Shown here: piece after piece, positions 17,836 to 27,787 of the stretch
Layout of the letters: each line of letters opens with the position of its first letter
Numbering within the stretch: position 1 is the first letter of the stretch
Source: Treponema sp.
Lineage (GTDB): Bacteria; Spirochaetota; Spirochaetia; Treponematales; Treponemataceae
DNA: 37,778 nt
Direction of reading: 5' to 3'
Assembly (NCBI GenBank): GCA_016282455.1
Contig: JAEEKM010000106.1
Coordinates: forward strand, 1-37,778
Position numbers and translations under genes: made by a program
The notes under the pieces: model-generated
The model's database searches: none
What the model was told of the DNA's origin: nothing
Seen by the model: the letters and a program-made list of their open reading frames with translations, nothing else

Positions 17836-18885
17836 TTATTTTGCGCTTACAAGTTCAATGTCAAAAGCAAGGAAAGAGTTTCCCGGAATAACGCCTGGAA
17901 TACCATTTGCACCATAAGCCAAATCCGGAGGAAGAACAACTGTTCTTACTTCTCCTACCTTCATATCCTGAACGGCAAGATCAAATCCTGGAATCATCTG
18001 TCCTGCGGCAGTAACGAAGTCTAAGGGTTCGTGTCCGCCTTTAAGAAGTTTTGCTGAACCGTCAAATACCTGACCGTTCACAAGATATCCCTTGTACTCA
18101 GTGCGAACATTTTTTCCTTCGCCACACTTTTCACCATTTCCTTCTTTTGTAATCTTAAAGTAGATTCCGTCAGCAGTTTTCTCAAATCCGGGGAAGTTCT
18201 TTTCTACTTCTACGATTTTTTCTGCGAGAAGTTTTTCCATTTCTGCACGGGCTCTTGCTTTTGCTTCTTCTGCGCGTCTATTAAAATCTTCCTGAGTAGC
18301 AGTGAACTTTTCTGCATCTGCCCCACGGCGGTAAATCTTTACAGACTTTATTTTATCGTTCTGGGCAATTGCATTAACTGTAAGCTGGCTTGCAGGGTCA
18401 ACTACATGACCAAAGATTGTATGTTTTCCGTTAAGCCAGGGAGTTTCTACATGTGTAATAAAAAACTGACTACCGTTCGTTCCTGGACCTGCATTTGCCA
18501 TGGCAAGAATTCCGGCTCCAGTAAACTTATATTTATCTACAATTTCGTCTGCAAAGCGGTAACCTGGACCACCTGTTCCGTTTCCAAGAGGGTCACCACC
18601 CTGAATCATAAAATTAGCAATAACACGATGGAACTTGAGTCCGTCATAGAAAGGCTTTTCCTGAGCAGCGTCAAGTGTACCCTCTGCAAGACCTACAAAG
18701 TTTGTTACAGTAAGCGGAGTGTCTTTGTAGTAAAGCTCAAGTACAATGTCTCCCTTTGTTGTTTCCATTACGGCAAAAAGGCCTTCTTTTCCTTCAAGTG
18801 CCTTCACATTTTTTTCCATAGGTTTACATCCTCCAACAGAAAGCAGGACACAGCCAAAGAGCAGCGCCCACAAAGTTTTTTTCAT
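17836..18885 (-). CDS. Dual cyclophilin + FKBP peptidyl-prolyl isomerase, probable lipoprotein
   Basis: [31 protein letters not shown], then the FKBP motifs VFDGS, MIPGFD, PPDLAYG, FDIEL. Signal peptide ending LLSVGGC. Confidence 0.92.
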   Translation of the reverse strand: MKKTLWALLFGCVLLSVGGCKPMEKNVKALEGKEGLFAVMETTKGDIVLELYYKDTPLTVTNFVGLAEGTLDAAQEKPFYDGLKFHRVIANFMIQGGDPLGNGTGGPGYRFADEIVDKYKFTGAGILAMANAGPGTNGSQFFITHVETPWLNGKHTIFGHVVDPASQLTVNAIAQNDKIKSVKIYRRGADAEKFTATQEDFNRRAEEAKARARAEMEKLLAEKIVEVEKNFPGFEKTADGIYFKITKEGNGEKCGEGKNVRTEYKGYLVNGQVFDGSAKLLKGGHEPLDFVTAAGQMIPGFDLAVQDMKVGEVRTVVLPPDLAYGANGIPGVIPGNSFLAFDIELVSAK

Positions 18886-18909
18886 TTTATTCTCCCCCAG
18901 AACATCCGC

Positions 18910-19698
18910 CTAGAACTGACCGATGAACCAGTTATAAATTGCTTCAAGACGTGAATTAAAGGAGTCATACATCATAGATTCAAAAAGCTGTATGGCAGGA
19001 AAACGGGAACGTATTGCCATGTAAACAAGAAATTCATCTCCACAGTCTGTAATTACAAGATTGATGCGGAGATTTTTTGCTTCTACTGCCTGAATGAATC
19101 CCATGTACATTGGGGTAACATTTATAAAATTAGTACCCACTTCATCTTCAGTCTGCTGATATTTTACTTCAAAATTTGCTTTTCCAAAAGTATGGTCATC
19201 CTGAAGGGCATAAATAACCATTCCGTCTGCATTTCCTTCTACAGGATCTGGCATTCTTGTGCGGTCATTTGGTCCCTTTATTACATAAGCATTTTTGTAA
19301 AGGGTAGTATACTTTTTGTTGCTTGTGTAATATTTTAAGCCTTCCATTTTACTTACGGAACGAATAACTTTGGAAGCATATTCGATGTTGGTTTTATCCG
19401 GTGAACCCAAATCTTTTTTAGAAAGAAGATAGAGGTTTTCTACAGTAAAGGCAGGAGCATCTTCACTTTCTTTCCAAAAAGACTCTACATCCCTGTTAAG
19501 GTTAGTTGAGGGAACAAGCTTTAATTTTGGGTTTCCCGGCTGATAGGTATAAGTTCTGATTACACCCTTTTCTTTAAGACTTTCATATATTTCAGAAGAA
19601 ACATAATCAGAAGCTTTCTGGGCAAATAGAGAACCGGCAGTTAAAACTGACAAAAAGAGGCATATTACTGCTTTTTTCATAAAAATAACTGTCTTCAT
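18910..19698 (-). CDS. Conserved exported hypothetical protein (spirochaete DUF6675-like)
   Basis: Signal peptide (LFA|Q), AAGGAG SD, and SKMEGLKYY, QDDHTFG, SFNSRLEAIYNWF motifs. Confidence 0.7.
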   Translation of the reverse strand: MKTVIFMKKAVICLFLSVLTAGSLFAQKASDYVSSEIYESLKEKGVIRTYTYQPGNPKLKLVPSTNLNRDVESFWKESEDAPAFTVENLYLLSKKDLGSPDKTNIEYASKVIRSVSKMEGLKYYTSNKKYTTLYKNAYVIKGPNDRTRMPDPVEGNADGMVIYALQDDHTFGKANFEVKYQQTEDEVGTNFINVTPMYMGFIQAVEAKNLRINLVITDCGDEFLVYMAIRSRFPAIQLFESMMYDSFNSRLEAIYNWFIGQF

Positions 19699-19722
19699 AC
19701 CTGTCTCCTTAAACTGGTTTTA

Positions 19723-20439
19723 TTAGCGCACTCCTTTGTAAAGTACACGTACCTGCTTATATAAACCATCTCCCTCGCTTTTGGTTTCAATATCCGGAAT
19801 ATCATTGAGGGTTGTGTGAATAAGACGTCTCTCAAAGGGATTCATAGGCTCAAGGAGCATGGAGTTTCTTGTTGAACGAACTTTATCTGCAGTAACATAA
19901 GCAAGGCGGACAAGGCTTTCTTCACGGCGGATGCGGTAGTTTTCTGTATCAAGAATTACGCGAACATCTTCCCTTCCAAGGTGACCGGCATACACGTTTG
20001 CAAGCAGCTGCATGGCATCCAGATTTTTTCCCTTGCGGCCGATAAGAATTGAAGAACTTGCACTGGAAAGTTTAATTCCAATCTTTTTGTCTTCACGGAA
20101 CATCACTTCAACTGCAACATCATAACCCATGTGAACAATCATTTCTTTGATAAAGTTAAGAAGTTTTTCTTCAAACTCATCCTGGGGAAGTGGATTTGCC
20201 ACAATATGAGGATTGTTTGCAATAGTAGTTGCATTCGGCACTTTACCGTCAAATTCTGGCTGAACATGATTCTGCGTATCTACTGTATGCACTCTGATTT
20301 TAACATATCCTTTCTTGAAGAGAGACTTTTTCTGAGCCTCAAGAATTTCCACGTCAAACTGATCTTTTTCAAGACCAAGTTCCTGTGCTGCTTTTTCAAT
20401 AGCATCTTTTTCTGTTTCTGCTTCGTACTCGTAAATCAT
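19723..20439 (-). CDS. jag: Jag/EloR/KhpB RNA-binding protein (Jag_N, KH, R3H)
   Basis: LIGRKGKNLDAMQ, ENYRIRREESL, LEPMNPFERRLIH. Lies downstream of yidC. Confidence 0.95.
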   Translation of the reverse strand: MIYEYEAETEKDAIEKAAQELGLEKDQFDVEILEAQKKSLFKKGYVKIRVHTVDTQNHVQPEFDGKVPNATTIANNPHIVANPLPQDEFEEKLLNFIKEMIVHMGYDVAVEVMFREDKKIGIKLSSASSSILIGRKGKNLDAMQLLANVYAGHLGREDVRVILDTENYRIRREESLVRLAYVTADKVRSTRNSMLLEPMNPFERRLIHTTLNDIPDIETKSEGDGLYKQVRVLYKGVR

Positions 20440-20480
20440 CTATGTACCTCTAATAATAGTGTTTTGTTTTTAATCCGCCC

Positions 20481-22301
20481 TTATTTTCTGGACTTTGCTT
20501 TTTTTCCGCTTACAGACACATTCTGAGCATTTTTCATTTCTGCACGCTGTTTTTTCATTACTCTGTTAATTACCAGCTGCTGTCCAATCTGGAAGATATT
20601 TGATACAACCCAGTAAATTAAAAGTCCGCTCGGAACATTGTACATAATGAAGAAGAACATAATCGGCATTACATACATCATCATTATCTGCATCTGTTTT
20701 GCCTGAGCATTATCGCCGCCTGCAGTTCCACCGTACTGTGTAATTTTTCCGTTCAGAAGCTGTGAAATCACATAGATGAAGGGAAGAATACGCAGGTTGT
20801 TCATTGTAAAGCCTGAAATGAGGGGAATCTGTTTTTCCCAGGTCCATACGCTGTCACCAACAGAAAGGTCATCAATCCAGCCGTGAATAAAGCCTGCACC
20901 ACGGAAATCAAAGTAGTTGTTGAAAACACGATAAAGTGAAATAAGAATGAGCATCTGCAGTATCATGGGCAGACAACCGGACATTGGATTGTAACCCACT
21001 TTCTTGTAGAGTTTTTGTGTTTCCTCTGCAAGTTTCTGCTGGTCATTCTTGTACTTTGCCTGAATTGCCTGCATCTGTGGCTGAAGTTCCTGCATTTTAA
21101 GTGAACCAACCGCCTGCTTTTTGTTCAGGGGGAAAAGTATAATCTTAAGAATTATCGTAAGGATGATAATTGCAACACCCCAGTTATGAACCAGTTTGTT
21201 AATGAGACCTATTGCCCACTTAAGAACTACTTCAATAGGGTAGAGGAAGCTGCTGGAATCAAGTGCCTGATTAAACTTTGCATTTACCAGACCCCATGCA
21301 TTTTTATCCTTAGAGTTGTATTTAATCAATTCCTTTTCACTTCTTGGACCAACGTATACATAATATTCATCCGTTACGCTGCCACCGGAAGTTTGTGCTC
21401 TTGTAAGAAGAAGCTGTGAAATATCTTCTTCTAACCCCTTGGGAGATGAACACTTTACTGAAGAATACATTACTGCAGGATTTACAGGTTTAATAAGCAT
21501 TGTAAAATATTTTCCTGCAACACCGGCCCACTGGTAGGAAGTGTCATAGTATTTGTCAGAAAAGTTTTTCTTTACACGCTTGTTGTTGTTTCCCAAAGCC
21601 ACATACTGTCTTACTTCGTAGCGGTTCTTTTTGTCAAAACGGGGACCAATCTGCGGAGAAGTTCTGATTGTATAGGCTGCTCCACCTACATTCAGTGCAT
21701 ATCCGTCTTCCGGTCTGACTGTAATGTCCATTTTAAAAGCGTAATCATCATCTTTAAAGGTGTAGAGTTTTGCAAGATAGAATTTGTGGTCGTTTCCCAT
21801 ATCATCCTTAATGCTGTAAGAACGATAGAAACCCACTGAATAGTCGTTTATTCGGGAAATAGTAAAAGTATCATTCAGTACGCTTGTTTCTGCATTACCG
21901 AATGAAAGTGAAAGGGCACGGTTTGAAGGAGTTACATGGTTTACCATTTCAACGCCTTCTCCGGTTTCCTTGTCCAGGTGCTCAAGTAATTTGAGACTTA
22001 CAAGGTCACCACCTTTATTGGAAAAAACTGCCTTCATTTTATTTGTAGTAATTTCTACAAACTCTTCTGCAACAGTTTCTTTTTCATTTCCAGTGTCTTC
22101 TTCAATTCCAAGACTTGTGGAAATTGCCTTGCTCTGTTCTTCTGCAAGGGCGGCCGCTTCTTTTGCCTTAAGTTCTTCTTCTGCGGCAAGGGCTTCCATT
22201 CTCTGCTGCTGACGAGGCATAATCACTGTAAATTCAACTATGCCAGAAACAACCACTACAAGAGTGGAAAGTAATATTGCCCATAAGGTATTTTTATCCA
22301 T
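20481..22301 (-). CDS. yidC: Membrane protein insertase YidC
   Basis: NWGVAIIILT, MQELQP, NPMSGCLPM, WIDDLS, PSGLLIYW. Start MDKN follows a GAAGGA SD. Confidence 0.95.
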   Translation of the reverse strand: MDKNTLWAILLSTLVVVVSGIVEFTVIMPRQQQRMEALAAEEELKAKEAAALAEEQSKAISTSLGIEEDTGNEKETVAEEFVEITTNKMKAVFSNKGGDLVSLKLLEHLDKETGEGVEMVNHVTPSNRALSLSFGNAETSVLNDTFTISRINDYSVGFYRSYSIKDDMGNDHKFYLAKLYTFKDDDYAFKMDITVRPEDGYALNVGGAAYTIRTSPQIGPRFDKKNRYEVRQYVALGNNNKRVKKNFSDKYYDTSYQWAGVAGKYFTMLIKPVNPAVMYSSVKCSSPKGLEEDISQLLLTRAQTSGGSVTDEYYVYVGPRSEKELIKYNSKDKNAWGLVNAKFNQALDSSSFLYPIEVVLKWAIGLINKLVHNWGVAIIILTIILKIILFPLNKKQAVGSLKMQELQPQMQAIQAKYKNDQQKLAEETQKLYKKVGYNPMSGCLPMILQMLILISLYRVFNNYFDFRGAGFIHGWIDDLSVGDSVWTWEKQIPLISGFTMNNLRILPFIYVISQLLNGKITQYGGTAGGDNAQAKQMQIMMMYVMPIMFFFIMYNVPSGLLIYWVVSNIFQIGQQLVINRVMKKQRAEMKNAQNVSVSGKKAKSRK

Positions 22302-22321
22302 ACAATTTCCTTCTGTGTCTG

Positions 22322-22573
22322 TCAATCCGGAACAGGATCATACCCTCCTTCGTGGTAGGGATTACATCTGAGTATCCTTTTGACAGCAAGATAGAGACCC
22401 TTTACAGGACCATGTTTTTTGATGGCTTCCAGTGCATACTGCGAACAGGTCGGTGTATATCTGCAACTGGCAGGAAACAGGGGAGAGATAAAAACTTGAT
22501 AAAACCGTATTAAAAGGCAAAAGAATTTTACGAATAAATTCCTTATTCCTTTAATAAACCAGCCTTTTGGCAT
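22322..22573 (-). CDS. yidD: Membrane protein insertion efficiency factor YidD
   Basis: [31 protein letters not shown]. Exact start is uncertain. Confidence 0.92.
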   Translation of the reverse strand: MPKGWFIKGIRNLFVKFFCLLIRFYQVFISPLFPASCRYTPTCSQYALEAIKKHGPVKGLYLAVKRILRCNPYHEGGYDPVPD

Positions 22574-22905
22574 AATGTCTTAAATTGTTCACACCGCGAG
22601 TGGAACGAGTCATTTCCGGGATACACTAAAAGGAGCATATCATAGCCGGTGTTCAGGTGTGCCTTAAAGAATCGATATGTTTCTCGGCTATAGCGTTTGC
22701 TCAAATTTCTCTGAACAGCATTTCCATAGCCTCTGGGAAGGGGGAATCCAATCCGGTTCACTTCTTTACCGTTCAGTGCATAGAAAAGCTTAGCCCCCTG
22801 TACACTGACTTTCCTTCCCTTTTTGAAAAGTTTCTGGATGTCGGCAGGACGCTTTACATGTTCATTACGAGCAAAACGTCCTGTTTTTAGCAAGTCCGTA
22901 TTCAT
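22543..22905 (-). CDS. rnpA: Ribonuclease P protein component
   Basis: [22 protein letters not shown] (RNR motif). Lies between rpmH and yidD. Confidence 0.92.
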   Translation of the reverse strand: MNTDLLKTGRFARNEHVKRPADIQKLFKKGRKVSVQGAKLFYALNGKEVNRIGFPLPRGYGNAVQRNLSKRYSRETYRFFKAHLNTGYDMLLLVYPGNDSFHSRCEQFKTLCQKAGLLKE

Positions 22906-22923
22906 CCCCTTACGGAATCAAGA

Positions 22924-23109
22924 CTACATCTTAGCAGTCTGGTTCTTTCCGTTTACGTAGGGCTTCTTTTCGTCAGAAACAGTGAGCTTCCAGCGACCCT
23001 TTGCACGGCGGCGGGCAAGTACCATGCGTCCACCACGAGTCTTCATTCTTGCGCGGAAACCAAACTTTCTATTGCGCTTTACTTTGCTAGGCTGGTATGT
23101 GCGTAACAT
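22924..23109 (-). CDS. rpmH: 50S ribosomal protein L34
   Basis: [44 protein letters not shown]. Confidence 0.97.
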   Translation of the reverse strand: MLRTYQPSKVKRNRKFGFRARMKTRGGRMVLARRRAKGRWKLTVSDEKKPYVNGKNQTAKM

Positions 23110-23177
23110 AATATATTTCTCCTATAAATAAAATTCCAGAATATAGTATAGTAGAGTGAAATATAGCATTATTCTTT

Positions 23178-23726
23178 TTAATTGGTCAAGGGCTGATTGC
23201 CTAATATATTATTAAAAATTGCCTCTATTTCAGGCGGTAAGGATTTTGGTGCTTTTTTTTCAGTTTTTTTATTATTTCCCGCTCTTTTCATGTAATTTTC
23301 AATTTCTTCTTCGTCTTTTTTTGCCTTTTCTTCGATTACATTTTTCATTTTTTCAACAGAATAGGATTCAGCGCCATTTTCTTTAAGGGGATCATATTTT
23401 CCTTTCAGGTATATTGCTATATTGTTTATCTTAAGGTATGGAAAATCCATCTTTATTCCTTTTAGAATAAAGTTTTTGTGCATTTGAACAAGAGAAGTCC
23501 AGCCCGGATGATCAGATTCTACAAGCAGCAGTCCGTTTTTTAAATCTATAACTCTTGTATGGTCGGCAATATTTCTTCCTTCGTAGGGATTTGCAGCACT
23601 TTTAATTCTGCCAAGTACTTTATTCCATTCGTTGTTTATGGTCAAAGCTTCTTTTGCTTTTTGAGGACTTATATTTTCAAATAAAGAATTTATAACCTGA
23701 GAAAAATCTTTTACTTCACCGTTCAT
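23178..23726 (-). CDS. DUF721/DciA family helicase-loader protein
   Basis: EW...IADHTRVIDLKNGLLLVESDHPGW. ATGA-coupled to recF in the canonical position. Confidence 0.8.
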   Translation of the reverse strand: MNGEVKDFSQVINSLFENISPQKAKEALTINNEWNKVLGRIKSAANPYEGRNIADHTRVIDLKNGLLLVESDHPGWTSLVQMHKNFILKGIKMDFPYLKINNIAIYLKGKYDPLKENGAESYSVEKMKNVIEEKAKKDEEEIENYMKRAGNNKKTEKKAPKSLPPEIEAIFNNILGNQPLTN

Positions 23727-24820
23727 GTTTTTTCTTTCCATGTACCTTTTTCAATACTGTAGATTTTTGTCCCTTCATGCCTGTATCTTTCATAAGGTTC
23801 ACCAGGAAGAAATGTACAGAAGAGCTGGTCATACTCAGGAAGCAGGGAAGTAACCTTTTCCCTTTTGTCAGGATCAAGTTCAAGCAGTACGTCATCCATA
23901 AGAAGAACAGGACGTCTTCCGGTAACCTGTTTGTAATACACCGCCTGAGCAGTTCTTAACAGAAGTGCAATAAGTCTTCTCTGCCCGGTTGATGCAGTTG
24001 GAACAAAAGGTGCTCCGTTTCTTATAAAAACAATACGGTCAACATGAGGTCCTGTCATGGTACGGCACATTGCTTTTTCAATTTGTCTTTTTTCTTTTAT
24101 CTGGTAAAGGATTTCATCTACGGAAGAAATTCCTGAGTCATCATTTTTTTTCCAGGAAGGATAATATCTAATTGTAACTCCTTCTATTCCTGTTACCTGT
24201 TCATATATTTTTCCAAAAATCTGATTAAACTGAAAAACTGCACTTTTTCTTTTTTTCTGAATTTCTATTCCGTTTTGCACAAGCTGAATATCATAACTGT
24301 CAAGCAAGTCATATTTATTTTCTTTAAGAGAAATATTTCTGCTTTTTAGAACTCTCTTGTATCTTCTCATTTCATCTATGTACATTACATCGTACATACT
24401 CAGGCTCTGGTCTATAAAAAATCTTCTTCGTTCAGGAGAGCCAACGGCAAAATCCAAATCATCATGATTATATAAAACGCAGGGCATTGTATTTACAATT
24501 TCTTTTCTGTCCTGCAGCATTTTACCGTCTTTTTCTATTCTCTTTTTTCCATTCTGAAAAGTAATTACAGTAGTATGAGTATTCCCGTTTTCTTCTTTGA
24601 ACATGGAATTTATTCTCATTACACTTTCTCCGTTTCTTACCATTTCACTTTCATTGTGAGTTCTGAAAGAAGAAGCGTATGCGGAATAATAAAGGGCTTC
24701 AAGAATATTACTTTTTCCCTGTCCGTTTTCTCCACAAAAATAAACCTCCCTTGCGAAAACATCAATTTTTTCGTTAGAGAGGTTTCTGAAATTATAGGGA
24801 ATAATACTTAAAAATGGCAA
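23723..24820 (-). CDS. recF: DNA replication/repair protein RecF
   Basis: NFRN, GENGQGKSNILEA, GSPERRRFFID, GPH.D, ASTGQ, LLMDDVLLELD. TTG start. Confidence 0.95.
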   Translation of the reverse strand: MPFLSIIPYNFRNLSNEKIDVFAREVYFCGENGQGKSNILEALYYSAYASSFRTHNESEMVRNGESVMRINSMFKEENGNTHTTVITFQNGKKRIEKDGKMLQDRKEIVNTMPCVLYNHDDLDFAVGSPERRRFFIDQSLSMYDVMYIDEMRRYKRVLKSRNISLKENKYDLLDSYDIQLVQNGIEIQKKRKSAVFQFNQIFGKIYEQVTGIEGVTIRYYPSWKKNDDSGISSVDEILYQIKEKRQIEKAMCRTMTGPHVDRIVFIRNGAPFVPTASTGQRRLIALLLRTAQAVYYKQVTGRRPVLLMDDVLLELDPDKREKVTSLLPEYDQLFCTFLPGEPYERYRHEGTKIYSIEKGTWKEKT

Positions 24821-24821
24821 T

Positions 24822-25946
24822 CTACTCTTTCTGCATTGGCATGATTACGTGGATGTAATCTCCGGCCGGCTCAGATTTCATTGTTACCGCTTTCATTTCC
24901 TCTGTAAATTCAAATCTAATTCTTTCGCTGGAAATAAATTTAAGAGGCTCTTCCACATAACGGTAATTAAGTGCAATCTCATATTTATCACCTGCATACT
25001 CACAGGGAATCTCTTCATCTGCAGTACCAAGGTCAGAAGGCTGTGATGTAATTTTAAGAACTCCGTCGCTGATTGAAAAATAAATTCTTCCGCTGCTCTT
25101 GTTTACCATAAGGGCTACACGGCGCAAAGCTGAAACAAGGTCTGACTTTTGAACCTGGAAACTATGTGACTGATTTTCCGGAATAACTTTTGTGTAGTTG
25201 GGGAAGTTGCCTTCAATAAGAGTTGTTCCAAATTTATAATTTCCAAAACGGAAGAACATCATCTTGTCTACAACGGCAATCTGAATGTTTCCTTCGGAAG
25301 GAGCATGCTTCATTATAATTCCAAGAACTTTTGGATGAACAATTGCAGGAGGAAATTCAACAATCTCAGAAGTAATTTCTTTTGAATCAAAACTTAAGCG
25401 TCTTCCGTCTGTTGCAACAAGATTGATTCTGTTATCTTTAATTTCAAAATAAACACCATTAAGGAAGAAACGCTGCTGGTCATCACTAACTGCAAAGAAA
25501 GTTTGAGAAATCATTTCTCTTAAATCTGCTGATGGAATTTCAAGATATGGAATATTATCTGCAGAATCAAACATGGGGAAGTCATTGGAAGAAAGGCTTC
25601 TCATCTGAAATTTAATTTTCTTTGTTACAGGTTTAATAATTACATTAACGGCCTGGTCTTCACCTTCACTGCTTGTCTGGTTAAATTCAATTTCTCCTTC
25701 AGGAAGGGTTGAAAGAATTTCCATAAACTTTGCACAGTAAATGGTTGTTCTTCCTTCTACTTCTATTTGTACAGGAATCTGAGTTTCAAAATTAACTCTT
25801 ATATCTGTAGCTTTTATTGTAAGCGTTCCGCCTTCTGCAATAAGAAGAACATTGGAAAGGATTGTTCCGGAATTTTTTGTAGAAATAATCTCCTGAGCAA
25901 TGGAGATCTCTTTGACCATAGCATCTTTATCAAAACTAAATTTCAT
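24822..25946 (-). CDS. dnaN: DNA polymerase III beta clamp
   Basis: ILSNVL, ATD, LNGV, VATDGRRL, IEGNFPNY, VIMPM. Start MKF at 25946 with a GGGAG SD. Confidence 0.96.
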   Translation of the reverse strand: MKFSFDKDAMVKEISIAQEIISTKNSGTILSNVLLIAEGGTLTIKATDIRVNFETQIPVQIEVEGRTTIYCAKFMEILSTLPEGEIEFNQTSSEGEDQAVNVIIKPVTKKIKFQMRSLSSNDFPMFDSADNIPYLEIPSADLREMISQTFFAVSDDQQRFFLNGVYFEIKDNRINLVATDGRRLSFDSKEITSEIVEFPPAIVHPKVLGIIMKHAPSEGNIQIAVVDKMMFFRFGNYKFGTTLIEGNFPNYTKVIPENQSHSFQVQKSDLVSALRRVALMVNKSSGRIYFSISDGVLKITSQPSDLGTADEEIPCEYAGDKYEIALNYRYVEEPLKFISSERIRFEFTEEMKAVTMKSEPAGDYIHVIMPMQKE

Positions 25947-26039
25947 AATTTTCTCCCAAAGGAAGTTATATATATCAGTATACACTATACATTTTTTTTC
26001 GTCTACAAAAAATCTCTTTTGCATAAAAATTCATTTTTA

Positions 26040-26260
26040 TGCATATTCTAAATTTATTAAATTTATAAATTTAGTAGTAATAATAGTAGGGTGTTGTGAA
26101 TTTGTGTAAAACTCGGCTAAGTTATTGTAATAAAATAAAATATCTCTGTGGATAAGTGTTGGTTTGAAATTCACACAAATTCACTTTTTCCACAGAAAAA
26201 TTAGTTTTAACCTGTTTTTTAGTCTTGAATTCATTGCTTTTACACAGACTTTTCCACAGG
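26040..26260. other. oriC: oriC: AT-rich DUE, DnaA-trios and DnaA boxes
   Basis: AT-rich 26050-26071. TAGTAGTAATAATAGTAG at 26072-26089. Boxes at 26095-26111 (tandem, degenerate), perfect TGTGGATAA 26147-26155, TTTTCCACA 26186-26194 and 26250-26258, TTTTACACA 26238-26246. Confidence 0.9.
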
Positions 26261-26266
26261 CAGAAT

Positions 26267-27697
26267 TTATTTTCTATATTCTTTAATTTCCCTTTTCAGC
26301 ATCTCGATTGTTGAATTCAGGCCGGAATCTGTTTTAAGGAGGTTTTCTATTTTTTCATAACTGTTCATTGTTGTAGTGTGGTCACGGCCTCCAAATTCGT
26401 TGCCTAGTTCCGGGAAAGAATAACCGACCATTTCTCTTGCAATATAAATTGCAATGTGTCTGGGCATGCTGATTTTGGGTGTACGTTTTTTTCCTGTAAG
26501 TTCCCTTACCGTAATGTTGTAGTGTTCTGCCACAACTTTTTGAATTATTTCTATTGTAATGGAACCGTCGTTCACCTGATTAAAAGTGTCGTGAAGCTGG
26601 TTTTGTGCAACCTCTATTGTAATGGGTTTATTTACCAGTTCAGAATAGGCAATCATGTTTGTAAGACAGTGTTCAAGGTCGCGGACGTTTGTTTCTACGT
26701 TACGGGCAATGTAATCAACAACATCTTCCGGAATGTGTTTTTGCATAATCTCAAGTTTTTTTTCAAGAATGGCCCGTCTTGTTTCGTAGTTAGGCGGCTG
26801 AAGATCCATGGTGATGCCTTTTGAAAAGCGGGATCTCATTCTTTCTTCAACCCCTTTAAGCTCGCTGATGGGGCGGTCGCAGGTGAATACCATCTGTTTT
26901 TTCTTTTTTTCCAGGGCCTGGAAGGTATTGAAAAATTCTTCAAGTGTCTGTTCTTTTCCCTGCAGAAAGTGAATGTCATCTACTAAAAGAACATCCATAT
27001 TGCGGTACTTTTGCTTAAACTTTTCTGTGGTTTTATTTCTGATGGAAGAAGTAAATTCATTTGTAAAATCTTCTGAAGAAACACAGCAGATTTTCATAGT
27101 TCCCTGGGAATTATTATATATGTAGTTTCCAATAGATTCCATGAGGTGTGTTTTACCTAAACCGACTCCACCATAAATGAGAAGGGGATTATATTTTCTT
27201 CCCGGTTCTTTTGATGCCGCTAAACAGACACTGTAGGCAAAATCGGAATTTTCTCCAGGAACAAAAGTGTCAAAAGTGTAGTTTTCATGCAGCTGCGGGT
27301 GTTTTTTTATGGAAAGAGGCTGTGAAATTTCTTCTGACTTAACTTCTTTTTTTTGTAGATTTATATTATTTTCTTCAGTTTTTTCTGCTTCAGAAATAGG
27401 ATTTTCCGGCTTTTTTTCATAAGATTGTATTTTATTTTTAATTACTGCAGAAATTTCAATATCCTGGCCGGTGAGTTCGCTTAATTTTTGTTTTACGTTT
27501 TTTACATAGCCTCTTGTGTTCATCTGGTTCCACATGAATTCTGAGGGAATTAAGACTTTTATTTCATTTTCCTGGTCTTCCAGATATTCCATCTTGAACC
27601 AGAGGTTAAACTCATCTTCCTGATTTTGAGATTTATATTCCTGACGTATGATGTTTAATGCTTCATCCCAAAAGACTTTGTAATTCTGTTTGCTCAT
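26267..27697 (-). CDS. dnaA: Chromosomal replication initiator DnaA
   Basis: YTFDTFV, YNPLLIYGGVGLGKTHL, LLVDDIHF, DRP, GNEFGGRDHTT. Confidence 0.98.
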   Translation of the reverse strand: MSKQNYKVFWDEALNIIRQEYKSQNQEDEFNLWFKMEYLEDQENEIKVLIPSEFMWNQMNTRGYVKNVKQKLSELTGQDIEISAVIKNKIQSYEKKPENPISEAEKTEENNINLQKKEVKSEEISQPLSIKKHPQLHENYTFDTFVPGENSDFAYSVCLAASKEPGRKYNPLLIYGGVGLGKTHLMESIGNYIYNNSQGTMKICCVSSEDFTNEFTSSIRNKTTEKFKQKYRNMDVLLVDDIHFLQGKEQTLEEFFNTFQALEKKKKQMVFTCDRPISELKGVEERMRSRFSKGITMDLQPPNYETRRAILEKKLEIMQKHIPEDVVDYIARNVETNVRDLEHCLTNMIAYSELVNKPITIEVAQNQLHDTFNQVNDGSITIEIIQKVVAEHYNITVRELTGKKRTPKISMPRHIAIYIAREMVGYSFPELGNEFGGRDHTTTMNSYEKIENLLKTDSGLNSTIEMLKREIKEYRK

Positions 27698-27704
27698 AGT
27701 CCAT

Positions 27705-27734
27705 ATTATACCTTGCCTTTACTTTTTTTTTCAA
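27705..27734 (-). promoter_or_regulatory. Sigma70 promoter of dnaA (TTGAAA-18-TATAAT), probably leaderless
   Basis: -35 at 27729-27734 and -10 at 27705-27710. The ATG is 7 nt downstream, with no SD. Confidence 0.65.
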
Positions 27735-27787
27735 TAAGGGTATACTCTGAATTCCAGATTATTCTATATATAGGCGAGAAATCTTAA

